Positions 61,609-64,000 of a stretch of 64,000 nt of DNA are shown here, piece by piece. The notes beneath the pieces were generated by a model, which did not search any database, was not told the origin of the DNA, and saw only the letters and a list, made by a program, of their open reading frames with translations. How positions within the stretch are numbered: position 1 is the stretch's first letter; every line of letters starts with the position of its first letter. Source of the stretch: Candidatus Saccharicenans subterraneus (GTDB lineage: Bacteria; Acidobacteriota; Aminicenantia; Aminicenantales; Saccharicenantaceae). The DNA is taken from assembly GCA_003426165.1 (NCBI GenBank), contig QUAH01000009.1:64620-128619 (forward strand), given 5' to 3'. The translations under genes were made by a program, and so were the position numbers.

Positions 61609-63411
61609 CTATTTAAAGACAGCCAGTTCTGCCAGCCCGGCGTTTCTGGTCTCTTTCGAGACAGTATCAATGATAAAAGCTAACCAGGTAATCTTTTTAG
61701 CCGGGAAGGAAATTTCTCGGGCTGATTTGGCATCGTTGGGCAAGGCACCAACTCTAAGAGAACTGCCATCGCTGAAAACTAACAATCCTGAGAGGACTTG
61801 ATCTTTCAGATTTGGCAGGTCAAAAAGCCACACCCGGTTGACAGTTTCGACCCGATCCCAGGTCAGTCGAATCATGGCCGTGGATTTTTCCTGGCTAACC
61901 CATTCGTGTCTATTAATTTCGTCTTTGTATTCTATTATCCCATCCACCGCACCTTCACCAAAGTACTGAGGAAGTTCAGTCATCGGCTTGCTCTTTTCCT
62001 CAACAGAGGAAACGCTAACTCGAGCCCTGAGGGCTAGATTATCTTCCCTTTTCAACGGATCTGTCTGCTGCTCCTTGGTAAGCGAGTTAAGAGTCCTTTC
62101 ATCCAGCAGGTTAACTTCTTGCAGGCACCAGGCATAGCGGCTCCCAATGGGGTCAGCTATTGCCCGGTTAGCAAAATAATCTTTGTGGAAATTTGCCGAA
62201 TAAGAGAGCCATAGGGTGCGACCATCGTTGCTGATGAATTTCGATGGGAAATTAAGAAAATAACCTTGAGGGCCAAAATTTTTCATATAGGCAATTAATT
62301 TATATGGTCCTGTTATCTCGTCTGCTTCCAGAATATACGAATTCATATCAGCGACACCGGGCCAGCCATCGGTAATGCACATTAAATATTTATGCAGCGG
62401 GGAATGATAGGTAATGGTGGTGCATCCCATGTGGTCATCCCAGGCCAACAGGGGCTTGATATCAGCAAAGTTTTTGCTCCACACGGGCCGATTAGTTGAA
62501 TCGAAACCGGCGAAGAATTCATAGGCTTTAGGGTCATTGATGTTCTTAGGGCTCGGAATAACGCGGGCCAGATAGACGGCGTCGCCGGCAATCCAGCTAT
62601 TACCTGCCACCCTGGGAGTAGGATCATTATCCAGAGCTCCATGTCCGACGAGATAGGCCTTACCGTCCGGTGAGTGTTCGAGATTTTGACCGAAATCGAC
62701 GAAATGAGGCGTGCCCATTTTAACTTGGCGACCATTTTTACCAGTTTCTGGGAAGAGTGGATTTTCTGGTGACAGCGGGCTGGAGATCCAGGTCTGGCCA
62801 TGATCCATAGAAATTCTGAAACCCGGCACGGGACCGCAAATTGCCCAGCTGTACTGCTCGGGATATTCAGGCTTGGAAAAATCAAAATCTATACAATAAG
62901 TTCCATAATACCAGATTCCATCGTGGACGAGGTTGGCACTTGGATATCGTCCGCCATAAGGCAGGGCAGAAGCCGGCTGAGTTCCCAGGGATATGATGGT
63001 AAGATTGAGAGGATCATCACCTATGATTTTGGCATTGCCGGTGCGAGCCTTGGCCCCTCCTGAAGAATGGCAGCTTTCCTTTCCAATTTCCCCATCGGTC
63101 CAGCCACTGTACATATTACCGTCCTCTGCCCAGGATGGATACCAGGTGTCGGCATCCGTGTAATTAGCATAGCGTCTGGTAAAAGCAATTCCCTTAATCT
63201 GTTGAGAGGGTTCAAAGGGGCAACCTTCTGGCGGGTCAGATATCCAGATCCTTGGAAGCCAGGCCTCTGGTTCATAAGGGACGATTCTCTGGTTTGACTT
63301 TTGGCAACAGCCGGCAAGTACCGAAAGAAGTATGCAGGCAGATATTGACCAGGACAGCCAGAACGACTTCTTCTTCAGAAGGGCTGAAATAGCGCTCTTT
63401 AATCCTTTCAT
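61609..63411 (-). CDS. lipoprotein with DUF4185-like beta-propeller and C-terminal discoidin-like domain
   Basis: Lipobox LAGC; ADTWYPSWAEDGNMYSGWTDG, GPQGYFLNFPSKF; C-terminal AVDG...EW...IRLTW beta-sandwich. Confidence 0.75.
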   Translation of the reverse strand: MKGLKSAISALLKKKSFWLSWSISACILLSVLAGCCQKSNQRIVPYEPEAWLPRIWISDPPEGCPFEPSQQIKGIAFTRRYANYTDADTWYPSWAEDGNMYSGWTDGEIGKESCHSSGGAKARTGNAKIIGDDPLNLTIISLGTQPASALPYGGRYPSANLVHDGIWYYGTYCIDFDFSKPEYPEQYSWAICGPVPGFRISMDHGQTWISSPLSPENPLFPETGKNGRQVKMGTPHFVDFGQNLEHSPDGKAYLVGHGALDNDPTPRVAGNSWIAGDAVYLARVIPSPKNINDPKAYEFFAGFDSTNRPVWSKNFADIKPLLAWDDHMGCTTITYHSPLHKYLMCITDGWPGVADMNSYILEADEITGPYKLIAYMKNFGPQGYFLNFPSKFISNDGRTLWLSYSANFHKDYFANRAIADPIGSRYAWCLQEVNLLDERTLNSLTKEQQTDPLKREDNLALRARVSVSSVEEKSKPMTELPQYFGEGAVDGIIEYKDEINRHEWVSQEKSTAMIRLTWDRVETVNRVWLFDLPNLKDQVLSGLLVFSDGSSLRVGALPNDAKSAREISFPAKKITWLAFIIDTVSKETRNAGLAELAVFK

Positions 63412-63484
63412 TAAGTTCTCCCTTCAGAGAGGATATCTCTTAATAGGCGATACCTTTAACATTTCTTGTTTGGGGCTTTCGAGA

Positions 63485-64000
63485 CTATCGGCGCCTTGAC
63501 GGTGCACTTCTCCCTTCCCTCCGGTATTTTTCAAGCAGAGCTGAAAGCTGCCCCACAATCTCGGGATGCTTGTCCCAGAGATTGATCTCTTCATGTGGAT
63601 CCCGGGCCAAGTTATATAATTGACCGGGTGTTCCTGCTCTGGGTGGTTCGCCTGAGGGTGGCATCCAGCCGCCGGAGGTTTCATTATCCAGAATTAGTTT
63701 CCATTCTCCCTGTCGAATTGCAAATGTGCCATTTTCCGAATGATAGACGAGGGCCTCTCGAATGGGTTGGTTAAGCCTTTTTCCAAGCAGGGCTGGAGAA
63801 ATGTCATAGCTATCCGGACCGGCTTCTGGGGTCATAGCCGCACCGGTGAGCGAAGATAGAGTTGCCATTATATCAGTGAGGCAGACAGGTTCGGATGATG
63901 TTGTCCCGGCCTTGATTCGACCTGGCCATCTGGCAATGAAGGGAATACGATGGCCGCCTTCCCAGATATGAGTTTTATAGCCGCGCCATGGTCCTGATGA
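63485..64000 (-). CDS. arylsulfatase-family protein, C-terminal part (start lies beyond the window)
   Basis: GPWRGYKTHIWEGGHRIPFIARWPG, LTDIMAT, AIRQGEWKL, QLYNLARDPHE. Confidence 0.88.
   Translation of the reverse strand, partial: SSGPWRGYKTHIWEGGHRIPFIARWPGRIKAGTTSSEPVCLTDIMATLSSLTGAAMTPEAGPDSYDISPALLGKRLNQPIREALVYHSENGTFAIRQGEWKLILDNETSGGWMPPSGEPPRAGTPGQLYNLARDPHEEINLWDKHPEIVGQLSALLEKYRREGRSAPSRRR

Overview
This is a bacterial chromosomal window with no integrase, transposase, prophage or CRISPR array. It is moderately GC-rich, and the last ~11 kb looks more AT-rich by eye. Gene content suggests a diderm, probably anaerobic peptide/glycan degrader; an Aminicenantes/Acidobacteriota-like organism is my unverified guess. 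The left half is mostly housekeeping: cyclophilin, a DRG-like GTPase, gyrB-gyrA, an acyl-CoA ligase, larB, dnaG-rpoD-tRNA-Ile2, a GlmU with a degenerate N-terminal domain, an ino1/PIP-synthase pair, a GH38 mannosidase, peptidases and tRNA-Leu. The right half is accessory: photolyase, an ECF sigma module with its own promoter, carAB (carA apparently starts at ACG), a TonB gene behind a sigma54 promoter, and a sulfatase/anSME/GH27 locus. The best candidate for an undescribed system is a two-gene operon at 35191-42536 encoding 1112-aa and 1330-aa proteins of unknown function. Only the first carries a twin-arginine motif and a beta-strand-rich C-terminus, and the operon sits behind a 5' leader closed by a perfect 12-bp helix.
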